Positions 29,972-40,146 are shown, numbered from the stretch's first letter. The stretch is 64,000 bases of DNA from Vulcanimicrobiales bacterium (GCA_038231455.1 JBBRLI010000009.1:32001-96000), one strand, 5' to 3'. Numbers and translations are program-made. The notes: generated by a model from the sequence alone, not told the origin.

Positions 29972-30594
29972 TCGTCACCCGTCGTCGCGAGCGAAAAGTC
30001 AATCTGCGGCCGCTCTTGTTGCCCATCATCGCGCTCCTCGCACTCGCCGGTGCGCTTGTCTGGCCGCCGTCGCATAAAGTCATCGTCGATGGCCCTCTTG
30101 CGCCGCTCTGGAGCAACATCGCGCAAATGGGCCGGCCGTTTAGCTTTGCCTACCAGAATCAAGTCATCGCCGACCGCAACCGGGAGATCAAGAGCCTCAA
30201 CGATCGTCTCGAGGGCCAGCGCAAAACGGTGGCGGAGCGCGACACGAAGATCGGCGCACTACAAGACACCTTGAAGCGACTCCAAAATGCCCCGCCGCCC
30301 GCGACTCCCGCGCCGTCAATTGCAAAAGCGGTCCCCGCAGGCGGAGCAGCGACCACCTCGACACTCGGCGGAGCTTCGGGCCAAACCGTGCCGCGGCCCG
30401 ACGACATCAGCCGCGTTGCTTCCTATTGGGGCGGAATGGAAGCCGACAAAGCCGCCGCAATCGTCCAGCGCCTCCCCGAAGACTATGTCGTGCGGATTTT
30501 CAGCAAAATGTCGCCCGACCAGGTCGGCGAGATCCTCGCAGCGCTTCCGGCAGCCGTCGCCGCCCGCCTCACCGCCGAACGCCAACTAAAATAA
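29968..30594 (+). CDS. YlxF/MotE-like flagellar protein
   Basis: N-terminal TM, coiled coil, C-terminal YWGGMEADKAAAI...MSPDQVGEILAALP; ylxF position. Confidence 0.8.
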   Translation: MIVTRRRERKVNLRPLLLPIIALLALAGALVWPPSHKVIVDGPLAPLWSNIAQMGRPFSFAYQNQVIADRNREIKSLNDRLEGQRKTVAERDTKIGALQDTLKRLQNAPPPATPAPSIAKAVPAGGAATTSTLGGASGQTVPRPDDISRVASYWGGMEADKAAAIVQRLPEDYVVRIFSKMSPDQVGEILAALPAAVAARLTAERQLK

Positions 30595-30641
30595 CGGCCG
30601 AATTGTCGTCGCTCGTCACTTGCTTGCCGCGGCCATCCGAC

Positions 30642-30669
30642 TAAGGTCTGGGGCCTTCAATGCCGAACA
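30642..30669 (+). promoter_or_regulatory. Putative sigma-28 promoter of fliK-flgD-flgE
   Basis: TAAG-N16-GCCGAACA. Confidence 0.6.
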
Positions 30670-30747
30670 ACCAGTTAGGCACATCGCACGATGGCCTTGT
30701 TTTGGCATCTTGCTTGTCCCTGATCCCAACACGAGAGGAGGTGAAAA

Positions 30748-32517
30748 ATGCAGTTAGTACCCCAACTTTTCTCGACCAGTGAGCCCCTTTTTAAGGGCCT
30801 CCAGACCCCAGCACCCCTCGTAAAAGCACCGATTCCCGGCCTCTTCCAAGCCCAACTGAATTCGAGCATCGCGAATCTCGCGCCGATCGTCTCCCAGTTG
30901 TTCGCGGGAAAGACCGCGGCCCTCGGGACGACCCAGCCGACCACCCCAACTCCGAGCGATCCGCTCGAAGCGAGGCTGGCCGCGCAGATCGCCGCGCGTT
31001 TGCAGAACGGTGAATCGCTCGAAGATATCGTCGCCTCGCTCTCAAAATCGCTTGCAACTTCGGTCGCAAACGGTCAGGGCGGAGCAGCCGATGCGCTCGG
31101 GCAACTCCAGAAGGTCTTCGCCGCAGCGCTGAGCCCACCGGGCAAAGCACCGCCAAGTGCGGACGCGAATGGAGCGCTAGCACTCGCTCACCGATTCCGG
31201 CAACTTGCCGAAATCGCCGCGACGATAGCACCACAAACGGGGCAGCCGAATCGATTCCTAGGACCAGACTTGGACGCGAAAGCGAAAGTCGACCTAGCCC
31301 CGGCAGAAACGAATCAACCGAGTGAGGCGCAAGCGCCTGGCTCTCTTGCCGTTTCCGTCGATTCGATCGTGAATGCCGCCGCCATTGCCCTCGGGGCAAT
31401 CCCCACTCCGACCGTGCCTCTCGTGACTCCGCCGACCACCTCGAACGGACCGTCCGCTTCGGCAGACGCCGCTCCGGTTGGAGCGCAAGTCGCATCGCGC
31501 GTACCGACAAAACCGCTCATCAGCGCACCTGTGCCTGGCGACGGCAAAAGCGGTGCAGCTTCCGCGGCAACCAGTCAACTCACGTCGGCCCCCGCGCCGA
31601 TCGTGAACCTCGAATCGCTCGCAGCTCCGCTCGCGGCGCTGTTTGCAAACGACGGTCGTACCGTCGCGAGCGGCGATCGAAAAATCGGCACGAACGGCGA
31701 TACGTCGCTCGGCCGTATCCTCACGCGTGCAATCAACGTCGCGCCGTCTATCAATTCCGCATCCGCGGAAGCGTCGACGACCGGCGGTGGCAACGCGCAA
31801 AGCGGGCTTCAATCGTTCCTCTCAGCGTTCGCTACGGCAGTTGCCAAAGCCGACGATACGACCGCGAACGGTTTGCCGACCGCCATCAGCCCCGCAACCG
31901 ACTTCCTCGCAACGCTCGATGCAGCCAATGCCGCGAGTGCCGCGACGAGTCAGCCGGTCGCAACGCCTCCGAGCATCGGCATCGGAAACTCGAACGGCCC
32001 CGCGCCGCTCGCCTTCGATGCATCGCTCTTTGCAGCGCCGCTGACGTACACTCCGCAGAACGCGGATCGGTACGCCGTGGTCGAGCAAGTGCTCAAAGGC
32101 CTCTCCATCCGTAACCTCGGTGGTGTCAGCAACTCCGAAGTACGCCTGCGCCTGGTCCCGGAGCACCTGGGTGATGTCAACGTCAAGCTGGTCATCACCA
32201 ATGGCAACGTCAACGCGACCTTGGTCGCCGCGAATGCCGACGTACGTGACACGCTCGTCGCAAACCAATCCCAACTCGCGCGATCGCTCGATAGCGCCGG
32301 CCTGAAGCTCACGGGCTTCAACGTCGATGTCTCAAACGGCGGGTTCGCGGGATTCCAACAACACCAGCAGCAACAGCCGGCCGCATCGCGCGGTTCGGTC
32401 GCCTCGTCCTTCGATGATTCGAAGACTGAGGACGACTTGGCGATCGCTGCGACCCCGAGTTTCGCACCGCCGTCCGTGACGAACGTGGCGCTCGGACACC
32501 TCAACGCTCTCGTTTAG
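30748..32517 (+). CDS. fliK: Flagellar hook-length control protein FliK
   Basis: Ala/Pro/Ser/Thr-rich body; VRLRLVPEHLGDVNVKL; AGGAGGTG SD; directly before flgD. Confidence 0.9.
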   Translation: MQLVPQLFSTSEPLFKGLQTPAPLVKAPIPGLFQAQLNSSIANLAPIVSQLFAGKTAALGTTQPTTPTPSDPLEARLAAQIAARLQNGESLEDIVASLSKSLATSVANGQGGAADALGQLQKVFAAALSPPGKAPPSADANGALALAHRFRQLAEIAATIAPQTGQPNRFLGPDLDAKAKVDLAPAETNQPSEAQAPGSLAVSVDSIVNAAAIALGAIPTPTVPLVTPPTTSNGPSASADAAPVGAQVASRVPTKPLISAPVPGDGKSGAASAATSQLTSAPAPIVNLESLAAPLAALFANDGRTVASGDRKIGTNGDTSLGRILTRAINVAPSINSASAEASTTGGGNAQSGLQSFLSAFATAVAKADDTTANGLPTAISPATDFLATLDAANAASAATSQPVATPPSIGIGNSNGPAPLAFDASLFAAPLTYTPQNADRYAVVEQVLKGLSIRNLGGVSNSEVRLRLVPEHLGDVNVKLVITNGNVNATLVAANADVRDTLVANQSQLARSLDSAGLKLTGFNVDVSNGGFAGFQQHQQQQPAASRGSVASSFDDSKTEDDLAIAATPSFAPPSVTNVALGHLNALV

Positions 32518-32529
32518 GAGCATCCATCC

Positions 32530-33012
32530 ATGGCTTCACCCATAACAGGCTCGAACGGCTTGCCGATCGACAACCTGATCAATCAAAGCACGCCGACGAG
32601 CAACGGCACGTCGACGCTGCAGAGTCAATTGGGCCAGGATGCGTTTTTGAAACTGCTTACAACGCAGCTCAAGAATCAGGATCCGCTCAAACCCCTCGAT
32701 GATACGCAGTCGATCGCGCAACTTGCACAGTTCCAAGCAACGCAAGCCACGACCGATCTGAAGAACTCATTCCAGACCTTCCAATCGAACTTCTCGGTCC
32801 TCCAGGCATCGACGCTGCTCGGCAAAACCGTTACCGTCTCAACCCCGAACGGCACCGGCAACACCTCGATCCTTACGGGAACCGTTGGAACGATTGCCGT
32901 CGTCGACGGCAAACCGCAGTTCACCCTCAACGATACCAACGGCAAGCCGTTTACGGACGCCAAAGGTACCGCGTACCAGTTCTCAACCGGGCAAATCGTC
33001 GGTATCAAGTAG
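32530..33012 (+). CDS. flgD: Hook capping protein FlgD
   Basis: DAFLKLLTTQLKNQDPLKP, AQLAQF. Confidence 0.95.
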   Translation: MASPITGSNGLPIDNLINQSTPTSNGTSTLQSQLGQDAFLKLLTTQLKNQDPLKPLDDTQSIAQLAQFQATQATTDLKNSFQTFQSNFSVLQASTLLGKTVTVSTPNGTGNTSILTGTVGTIAVVDGKPQFTLNDTNGKPFTDAKGTAYQFSTGQIVGIK

Positions 33013-33015
33013 CCG

Positions 33016-33414
33016 ATGGATCCCAAAATCACTGGACCCCAGATCCCGCCGTCGACCGTTTCGGTCGCACGTCCGGTCGGCGTTCCATTCACCGTTCCGC
33101 CTTCCGGCGGTACGTCGTTCCGCGACGTCCTTCGGCAGTCAGAACCGCTCCAAGGCGAACCGCTCAAATTCAGCGCGCACGCCATGCAGCGACTCCAATC
33201 GCGCAACATCACCCTCACGCCGCAAGACGTGGAGAAGATGAACTCGATGGCCGACAAAGCAGCGGCCAAAGGTGCGAAGCAGAGCCTCTTCATGATGGGC
33301 GATGTCGGCATGGTGGTCTCGATCAAAAATCGAGTCGTCATCACGGCCGTCGATCAAGATTCGATGAAAGAAAACGTCTTCACGAATATTGATTCCGCTG
33401 CGATCATTCGATAA
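33016..33414 (+). CDS. TIGR02530 family flagellar operon protein
   Basis: LKFSAHAMQRLQSRNI, KGAKQSL, NRVVITA, NVFTNIDSA. Confidence 0.9.
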   Translation: MDPKITGPQIPPSTVSVARPVGVPFTVPPSGGTSFRDVLRQSEPLQGEPLKFSAHAMQRLQSRNITLTPQDVEKMNSMADKAAAKGAKQSLFMMGDVGMVVSIKNRVVITAVDQDSMKENVFTNIDSAAIIR

Positions 33415-33432
33415 CACTTCAACACAAACGCA

Positions 33433-33494
33433 TGAGAGTGGACCTTGTTGCGAGGGGCTCTCACCTGTGGCGCCGACTGATGGACGCGTCGCGG
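33433..33494 (+). promoter_or_regulatory. Candidate two-hairpin cis-regulatory RNA in the flgE leader
   Basis: TGAGAG/CTCTCA plus CCTTG/CGAGG stem with internal GGA; CTGTGGCGC/GCGTCGCGG stem with loop CGACTGATGGAC. Confidence 0.5.
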
Positions 33495-33522
33495 AAATGT
33501 TCAGCAACGAAAGGGTCAACAA

Positions 33523-35010
33523 ATGCCTTTTGATTCCTTGTTTATTGGGGTCACCGGTCTTGAGTCATACCAGACACAGATCGACGTCATCTCGAATAAC
33601 ATTGCCAATGTCGGTACGACCGGCTTCAAGGGTCAGCGCGTCAACTTCCAGGACCTGTTGTATCAGGCACAGTCGTTCTCGTCCGCTCCGACGCAAACGC
33701 GCGGTGGCGTCAACGGCCAAGATCTCGGTCTCGGCGTCAAAGTCGGCACGATCGACACGCAGTTCCAACAGGGCGGCCTGAACACCACGGGCGTCAACAC
33801 GGACCTCGCGATCAACGGCGACGGCTTCTTCGTGCTCCGCGACAAAAACGGCGGCGGCATCCCGACGTACACGCGCAACGGCGCGTTCTCGCTCAACCAA
33901 GACGGCCTGCTCTACGATCCCAGCTCCGGTCTTGCGGTGCAGGGCTATCCGGCGAGTTCCACCGGTATCGTCACGCAGACTGGCGTTCCGCAGTCGCTTC
34001 AAATTCCGCTCGGCCTCAAGTCGGCTGCGGTCGGCACGGGCTTCGGCACGAAGAGCGGCCCGACGGGCGACAAAGTGTTCGACGTGAATTTCGGCGGCAA
34101 CCTCGATCAAACGCAATACATCATTGCGGCATCGAACGCGGGCGTAGGCGCGACGACCACCACCATCTCGACGACGCTTTACGATTCGCTCGGCAACGCG
34201 CATCTCGTGAACGTCGCCTTTATCCCGGCCGTCACGGGCTCGACAACGACCTGGCAAAATCTCCCGGCTGCGGTTACGAACTCCGCTGGCGTCGCCGTCA
34301 CGGCTGCGACCGAATGGAAGTATACGATTACTCCGACCGATGGTTCGACCATCACGCAGAATAATGGTTACGTGTTCTTCGATGCCAACGGCCAGTTCAT
34401 CAATACGGCGAAAGGCGACACGTTTCCAGCGACTCCTGGTTCGGGTCTTGCCGCTAGTGCTAATCATCGCACGAACGCTAACCCGTCCACCGCCGATGGT
34501 AACCAGATCACGGTTGGCAGTTGGCAGTTTGGAAACAACGCCACCGCTATCACGACCGTCGGCGGTCCGATCGGTGTCGACTTCTCGAACCTGACATCTC
34601 TCTCGGGCGGATCGAATCCGCCAAACGTGCTCTCGCAAAACGGATTCCCGCAGGGCACACTCTCGAACATCAACATCGGCCAAGACGGCACGATTCAGGG
34701 CGCGTTCACAAACGGACAAACGCAAACGCTCGGACGCGTTGCGGTTGCAACGTTCCAAAACGAACAGGGTCTGCATCGTGAAGGCTCGAGCCAGTTCTCC
34801 GCAACGGCAAACTCGGGTCTCGCACAAATCGGAACCGCAGCAAGCGGCCGCTTCGGTTCGATCGTCTCGGGCTCGCTCGAACAGTCGAACGTCTCGATCG
34901 CCGATGAGTTCACCAAACTGATTCTCGCGCAGCGCTCCTTTGAAGCGAACTCGCGCAGCATTACAACGGCAGACTCCGATCTCCAAACGGTTATCGCGCT
35001 CAAGCGATAA
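33523..35010 (+). CDS. flgE: Flagellar hook protein FlgE
   Basis: VISNNIANVGTTGFK, DLAINGDGFF, LYDSLG, GSLEQSNV, AQRSFEANSR. Confidence 0.95.
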   Translation: MPFDSLFIGVTGLESYQTQIDVISNNIANVGTTGFKGQRVNFQDLLYQAQSFSSAPTQTRGGVNGQDLGLGVKVGTIDTQFQQGGLNTTGVNTDLAINGDGFFVLRDKNGGGIPTYTRNGAFSLNQDGLLYDPSSGLAVQGYPASSTGIVTQTGVPQSLQIPLGLKSAAVGTGFGTKSGPTGDKVFDVNFGGNLDQTQYIIAASNAGVGATTTTISTTLYDSLGNAHLVNVAFIPAVTGSTTTWQNLPAAVTNSAGVAVTAATEWKYTITPTDGSTITQNNGYVFFDANGQFINTAKGDTFPATPGSGLAASANHRTNANPSTADGNQITVGSWQFGNNATAITTVGGPIGVDFSNLTSLSGGSNPPNVLSQNGFPQGTLSNINIGQDGTIQGAFTNGQTQTLGRVAVATFQNEQGLHREGSSQFSATANSGLAQIGTAASGRFGSIVSGSLEQSNVSIADEFTKLILAQRSFEANSRSITTADSDLQTVIALKR

Positions 35011-35043
35011 GCCACTCGGTTCCTTAGCGTCCGTTCGCTAACG

Positions 35044-35086
35044 AAAGCGGACCGGTTACAGATGTAGCCGGCCCGCTTTTTATTTT
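35044..35086 (+). terminator. Rho-independent terminator after flgE
   Basis: AAAGCGG-A-CCGGTTACA-GA-TGTAGCCGG-C-CCGCTTT followed by TTATTTT. Confidence 0.8.
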
Positions 35087-35160
35087 GCGCCCATTCGTTT
35101 GAGCGCGCTTTCGGAGGGTACGCTTACGCACAGTTTGCTCGTACGTTTGGAGTGTAGGTT

Positions 35161-36516
35161 TTGCGGAAGCTCATCACCGTCGCGACGTCAGCGCTGGTTG
35201 CAAGTGCACTAGCGTTCTCGTTCGTGGCCTATTCAGTAACTAGTTCACGCGCGTCGGATCATCAAGATTCGCCGCTCACGGTGAGCCGACCGGGAGCCGA
35301 CATTACCGATGTCTTTGTGTTCCCCGCGAGCGATCCGAATAAAGTCGTGCTCGCGATGGACGTGTGGCCGCTCATTGTCGGCGGTCAGGGTGCGAATACG
35401 TATTTCGATCCGGGCGTGCTCTATCAGTTTAAGATCGCGCATGGCGATGCCGGTCAAGAAGATCAAGTTATTCAATTCAAACCGACCGGCGTCGGCGCGA
35501 ATCAGCAGATCGCCATGTACGGCCCTGCGAATCCGGGCCGTATCGGCACCCTCTCGTCGATCGTGAAGAAGACCGGTTCGATTCCGTATAACAAGGTCAC
35601 GGATCTCGGCAACGGCGTGACGGCGTTTGCCGGTCCGCGTGAAGATCCGTTCTACTTCGATCTCGCGCAGTTTTTCAAACTGCAGCCCGATCGCAATTGG
35701 CAGAACCAGCCCAATCCGCCGAAGAACTCGGCGACCTGCTTCAGCGCGGTCGGATCCGATACGCTCGCCGGGTTCAACGTGCTCTCGCTCGTGATCGAAA
35801 TGCCGCGCTCGATGCTCGCAGATAACGGCGGCAATATCGGTCGCATCAACCTGTGGGCGACGACATCGCTTCGCAGTGAGAGCCCCGATGCCTCGCCGCA
35901 GAGCCCCATCACGTCGCTTGCCGCGATGCTGACGAACTTCAATACGAAGGTCGGCGATATAACCGACGACGGCGGCACGTGGACCCAAGTCGAACGCCTG
36001 GGGCGTCCGGCGGTCAAAGAAGCGACCGAATCGTTTAAGAATCACGACGCGAGCAATCGCAGCAACCCGTACGACGATCCGACGCTGACACGTTCGATTC
36101 GCGAATACGCAATCCACACCGCCGGTCGCTCGACCGCCGTTGCCGATGCGCTCGTGAAAGTGCTCATGCCCGATGAGATCGAGGCCGACCTCGGCGCCAC
36201 GGGCGGCGCGCGCTATCTTGCCGTCGAGACCAATGGCAAATCGGGTTTCCCGATCGCCGTTATCCGCGCGGTGCCGCCGCAGGGCATCCGCGGTACCAAA
36301 CTCTCGCTCGGCGATCCCTACCGTCACTTCGGCGGCCGCGATCCGAAGAGCCCCGTCATCGATCTTTCGCTCGGCGCGATCTATGGCAGCCTCGTTCCCA
36401 AACTCGGTCTTGCTCCCGATGACAACCGCGAGACGGCTTGTCTGACGAGCGACCACGTCACGCCCTCGGAGAAACATCCTTTGTCAGCGTTCCCTTACAT
36501 CGGTGATGCGCGATGA
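35161..36516 (+). CDS. Secreted DUF4331-family protein
   Basis: Signal peptide then ASDHQDSP..ADITDVFVF, FAGPREDPFYFD, QVERLGRP, FPYIG. Confidence 0.82.
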   Translation: MRKLITVATSALVASALAFSFVAYSVTSSRASDHQDSPLTVSRPGADITDVFVFPASDPNKVVLAMDVWPLIVGGQGANTYFDPGVLYQFKIAHGDAGQEDQVIQFKPTGVGANQQIAMYGPANPGRIGTLSSIVKKTGSIPYNKVTDLGNGVTAFAGPREDPFYFDLAQFFKLQPDRNWQNQPNPPKNSATCFSAVGSDTLAGFNVLSLVIEMPRSMLADNGGNIGRINLWATTSLRSESPDASPQSPITSLAAMLTNFNTKVGDITDDGGTWTQVERLGRPAVKEATESFKNHDASNRSNPYDDPTLTRSIREYAIHTAGRSTAVADALVKVLMPDEIEADLGATGGARYLAVETNGKSGFPIAVIRAVPPQGIRGTKLSLGDPYRHFGGRDPKSPVIDLSLGAIYGSLVPKLGLAPDDNRETACLTSDHVTPSEKHPLSAFPYIGDAR

Positions 36517-37382
36517 TCGCGGCACTCTTAAGCGCCGCCGTTCTCATCGCGCAAGTTCAGCCCACGCCAGCCCCGGTAACCGTTCCGACCGTCCGACGTC
36601 CGGCGGGTACGTCGGTGAAGCCGATGCCGGGGTCGCTTGCAGACCCGACATCGTACGGCGATGCCTCCAGCGGAAATGGGTTCACGAACTCGCCTCCGCT
36701 TGGACCGCAACAAAATATCGGTGTCGCCATTCCGCATTACATCCACTACATTGCTGCCGACGCACTCGTACCGGCGCTGGTCTATAATGAGTACGCTCCC
36801 GGCAGCAAAGGCCGCAGCGGACAGTCGTACGACATTCGTGCAGCCGCTGAATTTCCGCTTGCGGGTCTCACGCTAATGGTGATGGGCGATCAGCGTCGCT
36901 ATCAGTACAACGTTCCGCAAGGCTTCGTGAACGGACCGGCCGGTACCGGACGGTTCGCGCAAAGCGCGGCGACGTTGACCGATCGCGATACCGATGTCAA
37001 ACTTGGCGTGAAGTTGATCGATCCGCGGCTTTATGCCGCCGTCTCGTATCTGCGCGTAACGAACGATTATAACTATCCGGTCCGGCGCGGCGTCGGTGCC
37101 GGCGTCGAAAAGCTCCCTGACCTCGATCAACCGACGTCGCTCCACGGTGGGATCTTCTATTATCCCAATGTCGGCGGGACGTATACGCTCGTCGGGTTGC
37201 CCGGCACGTACGACCTCTCGTACAAAGTGCTGCGCTATTCGCTGGGCTACTCGATCCAGGTACCGAAGTCGCCGCTGTTCATCGATGCGGGCTACCTCGG
37301 CGATCGCAGTAAACCGCGTACGAACGCATCAACCATCACCGAACACCATGGACCGTACGTCGGTATCGGTCTGCACTTCTAA
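36513..37382 (+). CDS. Exported protein, probable outer-membrane beta-barrel
   Basis: Signal-like N-terminus, alternating aromatic/hydrophobic strands, C-terminal YVGIGLHF. Confidence 0.6.
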   Translation: MIAALLSAAVLIAQVQPTPAPVTVPTVRRPAGTSVKPMPGSLADPTSYGDASSGNGFTNSPPLGPQQNIGVAIPHYIHYIAADALVPALVYNEYAPGSKGRSGQSYDIRAAAEFPLAGLTLMVMGDQRRYQYNVPQGFVNGPAGTGRFAQSAATLTDRDTDVKLGVKLIDPRLYAAVSYLRVTNDYNYPVRRGVGAGVEKLPDLDQPTSLHGGIFYYPNVGGTYTLVGLPGTYDLSYKVLRYSLGYSIQVPKSPLFIDAGYLGDRSKPRTNASTITEHHGPYVGIGLHF

Positions 37383-37403
37383 AACGTCGAGCCGACCCAA
37401 CCC

Positions 37404-37446
37404 GTAGGCGCCGTCCCTTTCCAGAGGGGACGGCGTCTGCGTTTCC
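37404..37446 (+). terminator. Strong hairpin, probable terminator
   Basis: GTAGGCGCCGTCCCTTT-CCA-GAGGGGACGGCGTCTGC followed by a short GTTT. Confidence 0.6.
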
Positions 37447-37462
37447 GCAAATTCATCGGCTC

Positions 37463-39013
37463 GTGTCGCATCCATCCGGTCTTCCCGACCCGCCGCCGAA
37501 TCATCGACAGCTTCCCGCGGGCATCTCGCTGTGCATGATCGTGCGCGATGAGGAACGCTTTCTTGCGGATGCCCTTGCGAGCGTCGCGGGCATCGTTGAT
37601 GAAATGATCGTGGTCGATTCCGGTTCGACGGACGATACGATTGCGATCGCCGAGCGTGCCGGTGCACGCGTCGAACGCATCGTGTGGCGCGACGATTTTT
37701 CGCATGCGCGCAATTCGGCATTGGCGCTCGCGCGCTTTCGCTGGATTTTCGTGCTTGATGCTGATGAGCGGCTCGATGCCACATCGCGCGATGCACTCCG
37801 ATCGATTGGCAATGCGCCTGCGGCGCAAACCGGCATTTGGATTTCGTGTCGCAATCTCACCGATGAATATCGCGGCGGGGGCGTGATGACGAACCTGCTT
37901 ATTCGCATCTTTCCGAACGACGAGCGGATTCGGTATCGCAATGCCGTGCACGAATTTCCCACACTCGATGGTGCGCCCGCGGGGCTCCACGCCGTTCGCT
38001 CGCCGATCGAGATAACGCACCACGGCTATCTCACAGAAATCATGCGCGAGCGTTCGAAAGGCGAGCGCAACTTGCGACTCGCTGAGGCCGAAGTCGCCCG
38101 CGATCCCGGGGATCCGTTTCACACCTATAATCTCGGCATGGCCGCGCTGCTGGCGGGGAAGGATGCGATCGCCCGTGAGGCGCTCGAAGCGATGCTGCGG
38201 CAGACGCAGGACGCGCCGCGCGGTTTCCGGCCGCATGGGATGATCGTCCTTGCGGATTGCTACATCACCGACGGCCGCCTCACACGAGCGCGCGAGATCG
38301 TCGATGACTGTATAGCCATCGTACCGACGTACGCCAACGCGCACTTTTCGAGCGGGAAGATTTACGCTGCCCAGGGCCGTTATTTCGAGGCGCGGGAGGC
38401 GTTCGGCAACGCGATCGCAGCGGGGGATCACAATGCCGAACACTTCGTAGTCGACGATGAAGTCTCGATGTGGAAGGCACACTCAGAGATCGGCGCGACG
38501 CTGCTTACGGAGAAGCGCTACGCCGAAGCGCTGGCGTGGTTCGATCTTGGCCTAACGAATCGCGCCGATGCCGAGCCGCTACTCACCAACCGCGCAAAGG
38601 CTCTCGAAGGCCTGGGTCGCGATGAGGAAGCCGACGAAGCCTACCGCGTAGCGTTTCTTGCCGCACAGTCGGAGCGCACGGCCATCGAATTCGTCAATCT
38701 TTTGCTACGCCGGGGGCGCGACGGAGCCGCCTTATCCGCCATCCGCGATGCGTTGCCGCTCGTGACGCCCGGTTATCAGGTCGTTTTTCTCGCAAGTGCC
38801 GGCGCGATTTTGAGTCGCCGCGGCGATGAGCCGGGGGCAAAGCGTTTCGTTTTGGCCGCGCTCGACGTGTTGCCCAACCGCGCCGAAACGGTCGCGACAG
38901 TCGCGGCGCTAGCCCAGCAATTCCAGGATCCGACCTTTACCGGCATCGTTCACGCCATCCTGGAACGTGAACCAAGCGTGCTAGGAGCATTGCCGGAAGA
39001 TGGGTTACACTAA
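37463..39013 (+). CDS. GT2 glycosyltransferase with TPR repeats
   Basis: ISLCMIVRDEE, VDSGSTDDT, DDFSHARN, LDADE, HHGY; helical TPR-like C-terminus. Confidence 0.9.
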   Translation: MSHPSGLPDPPPNHRQLPAGISLCMIVRDEERFLADALASVAGIVDEMIVVDSGSTDDTIAIAERAGARVERIVWRDDFSHARNSALALARFRWIFVLDADERLDATSRDALRSIGNAPAAQTGIWISCRNLTDEYRGGGVMTNLLIRIFPNDERIRYRNAVHEFPTLDGAPAGLHAVRSPIEITHHGYLTEIMRERSKGERNLRLAEAEVARDPGDPFHTYNLGMAALLAGKDAIAREALEAMLRQTQDAPRGFRPHGMIVLADCYITDGRLTRAREIVDDCIAIVPTYANAHFSSGKIYAAQGRYFEAREAFGNAIAAGDHNAEHFVVDDEVSMWKAHSEIGATLLTEKRYAEALAWFDLGLTNRADAEPLLTNRAKALEGLGRDEEADEAYRVAFLAAQSERTAIEFVNLLLRRGRDGAALSAIRDALPLVTPGYQVVFLASAGAILSRRGDEPGAKRFVLAALDVLPNRAETVATVAALAQQFQDPTFTGIVHAILEREPSVLGALPEDGLH

Positions 39014-39017
39014 CAAC

Positions 39018-39209
39018 GTGATCAGTTTGCGCCGTCTCAACAATCAGCCGATTATGGTTAATGCGGATTTAATCGAGTCGTTGGAATCGACGCCCGACAC
39101 GGTGGTGACCCTCGTCTCTGGCAATAAGCTCATCGTTCGGGATACGATGGACGAAATACGGGACCGGATCGTGGAATACAAGCGCCGGATCTACGGCCAA
39201 ACTCCCTAG
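39018..39209 (+). CDS. flbD: Flagellar protein FlbD
   Basis: ISLRRLNN..VNADLIESLESTPDTVVTLVSGNKLIV; upstream of motA. Confidence 0.9.
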   Translation: MISLRRLNNQPIMVNADLIESLESTPDTVVTLVSGNKLIVRDTMDEIRDRIVEYKRRIYGQTP

Positions 39210-39235
39210 CCAAGCCGCAGGTTGCTTTCTTGCCT

Positions 39236-39263
39236 TAAGGCGAAAGCGTTTCCTAACCGATAG
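39236..39263 (+). promoter_or_regulatory. Putative sigma-28 promoter of motA
   Basis: TAAG-N16-ACCGATAG. Confidence 0.65.
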
Positions 39264-39300
39264 ACCTTGGTAGACCCGCTTTTATCGAAAGGCTCGTGTT

Positions 39301-40140
39301 TTGGATTTCGCGACGATTATTGGCCTTGTGCTAGCCTTTGGAGCCGTGGTTGCTTCGGCATTCATCGGTGACCTCGACTTCAAGACCCTCTGGCAGCCCT
39401 CGGCGATCATTTTGGTCGTCGGCGGCACGTTCGGCGCGACGATCATCTCGTTTCCGCTCAAGACGTTCTTGTCGGGGTTCGTGGGCGGATTCAAGACCGC
39501 GTTCCGCGAGCCGGTGTATCACGAAAAAGAGATTATCGCGACGCTCGTGTCGTTCGCTGAGAAAGCGCGCCGTGAGGGGTTGCTCGCACTCGAAAACGAG
39601 GCGGCTGCACTCGAAGATGAATTCATGCGTAAAGGCATTCAGCTCGTTATCGACGGCCGCGATACCGACATCATCCGCAAGATCTTGGAAACAGAAGTCG
39701 GTTTCGTCCAAGAACGCGGCGTGAAATCCGAGATGGTTTTCGGTACGCTCGGCGGGTACTCGCCGACGCTTGGCATCATCGGGACGGTGCTCGGCCTCAT
39801 CGGCATGCTGCGCGCGCTCGGCGGACCCGCCGCAAGCGGCGCGGGGGGCGGCTCGATTACCGGCACGCTCGGCAATTCGACGGCTGAAGCATTCGTCGCG
39901 ACGTTCTTCGGCATTTTGCTTGCGAACTTGCTGTGGCTGCCGATCTCATCGAAGATCAAAGAACGCAACGCGCAACTCATGATGCTGCGCGAGATCATGA
40001 TCGAGGGCATCCTCTCGATCCAGGCCGGCGACAATCCGCGCCTGCTCGAAGAAAAACTGCATGCCTACCTCGATCCGAACGACCGTGCCTCGGATGTCGA
40101 AGAAGGCGGCGCCGTCGGCGAGCCGAGCTACCAGAACTAA
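39301..40140 (+). CDS. motA: Stator protein MotA
   Basis: ARREGLLALE, SPTLGIIGTVLGLI, AFVATFFG, EGILSIQAGDNP. Confidence 0.95.
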   Translation: MDFATIIGLVLAFGAVVASAFIGDLDFKTLWQPSAIILVVGGTFGATIISFPLKTFLSGFVGGFKTAFREPVYHEKEIIATLVSFAEKARREGLLALENEAAALEDEFMRKGIQLVIDGRDTDIIRKILETEVGFVQERGVKSEMVFGTLGGYSPTLGIIGTVLGLIGMLRALGGPAASGAGGGSITGTLGNSTAEAFVATFFGILLANLLWLPISSKIKERNAQLMMLREIMIEGILSIQAGDNPRLLEEKLHAYLDPNDRASDVEEGGAVGEPSYQN

Positions 40141-40146
40141 CCGCTC

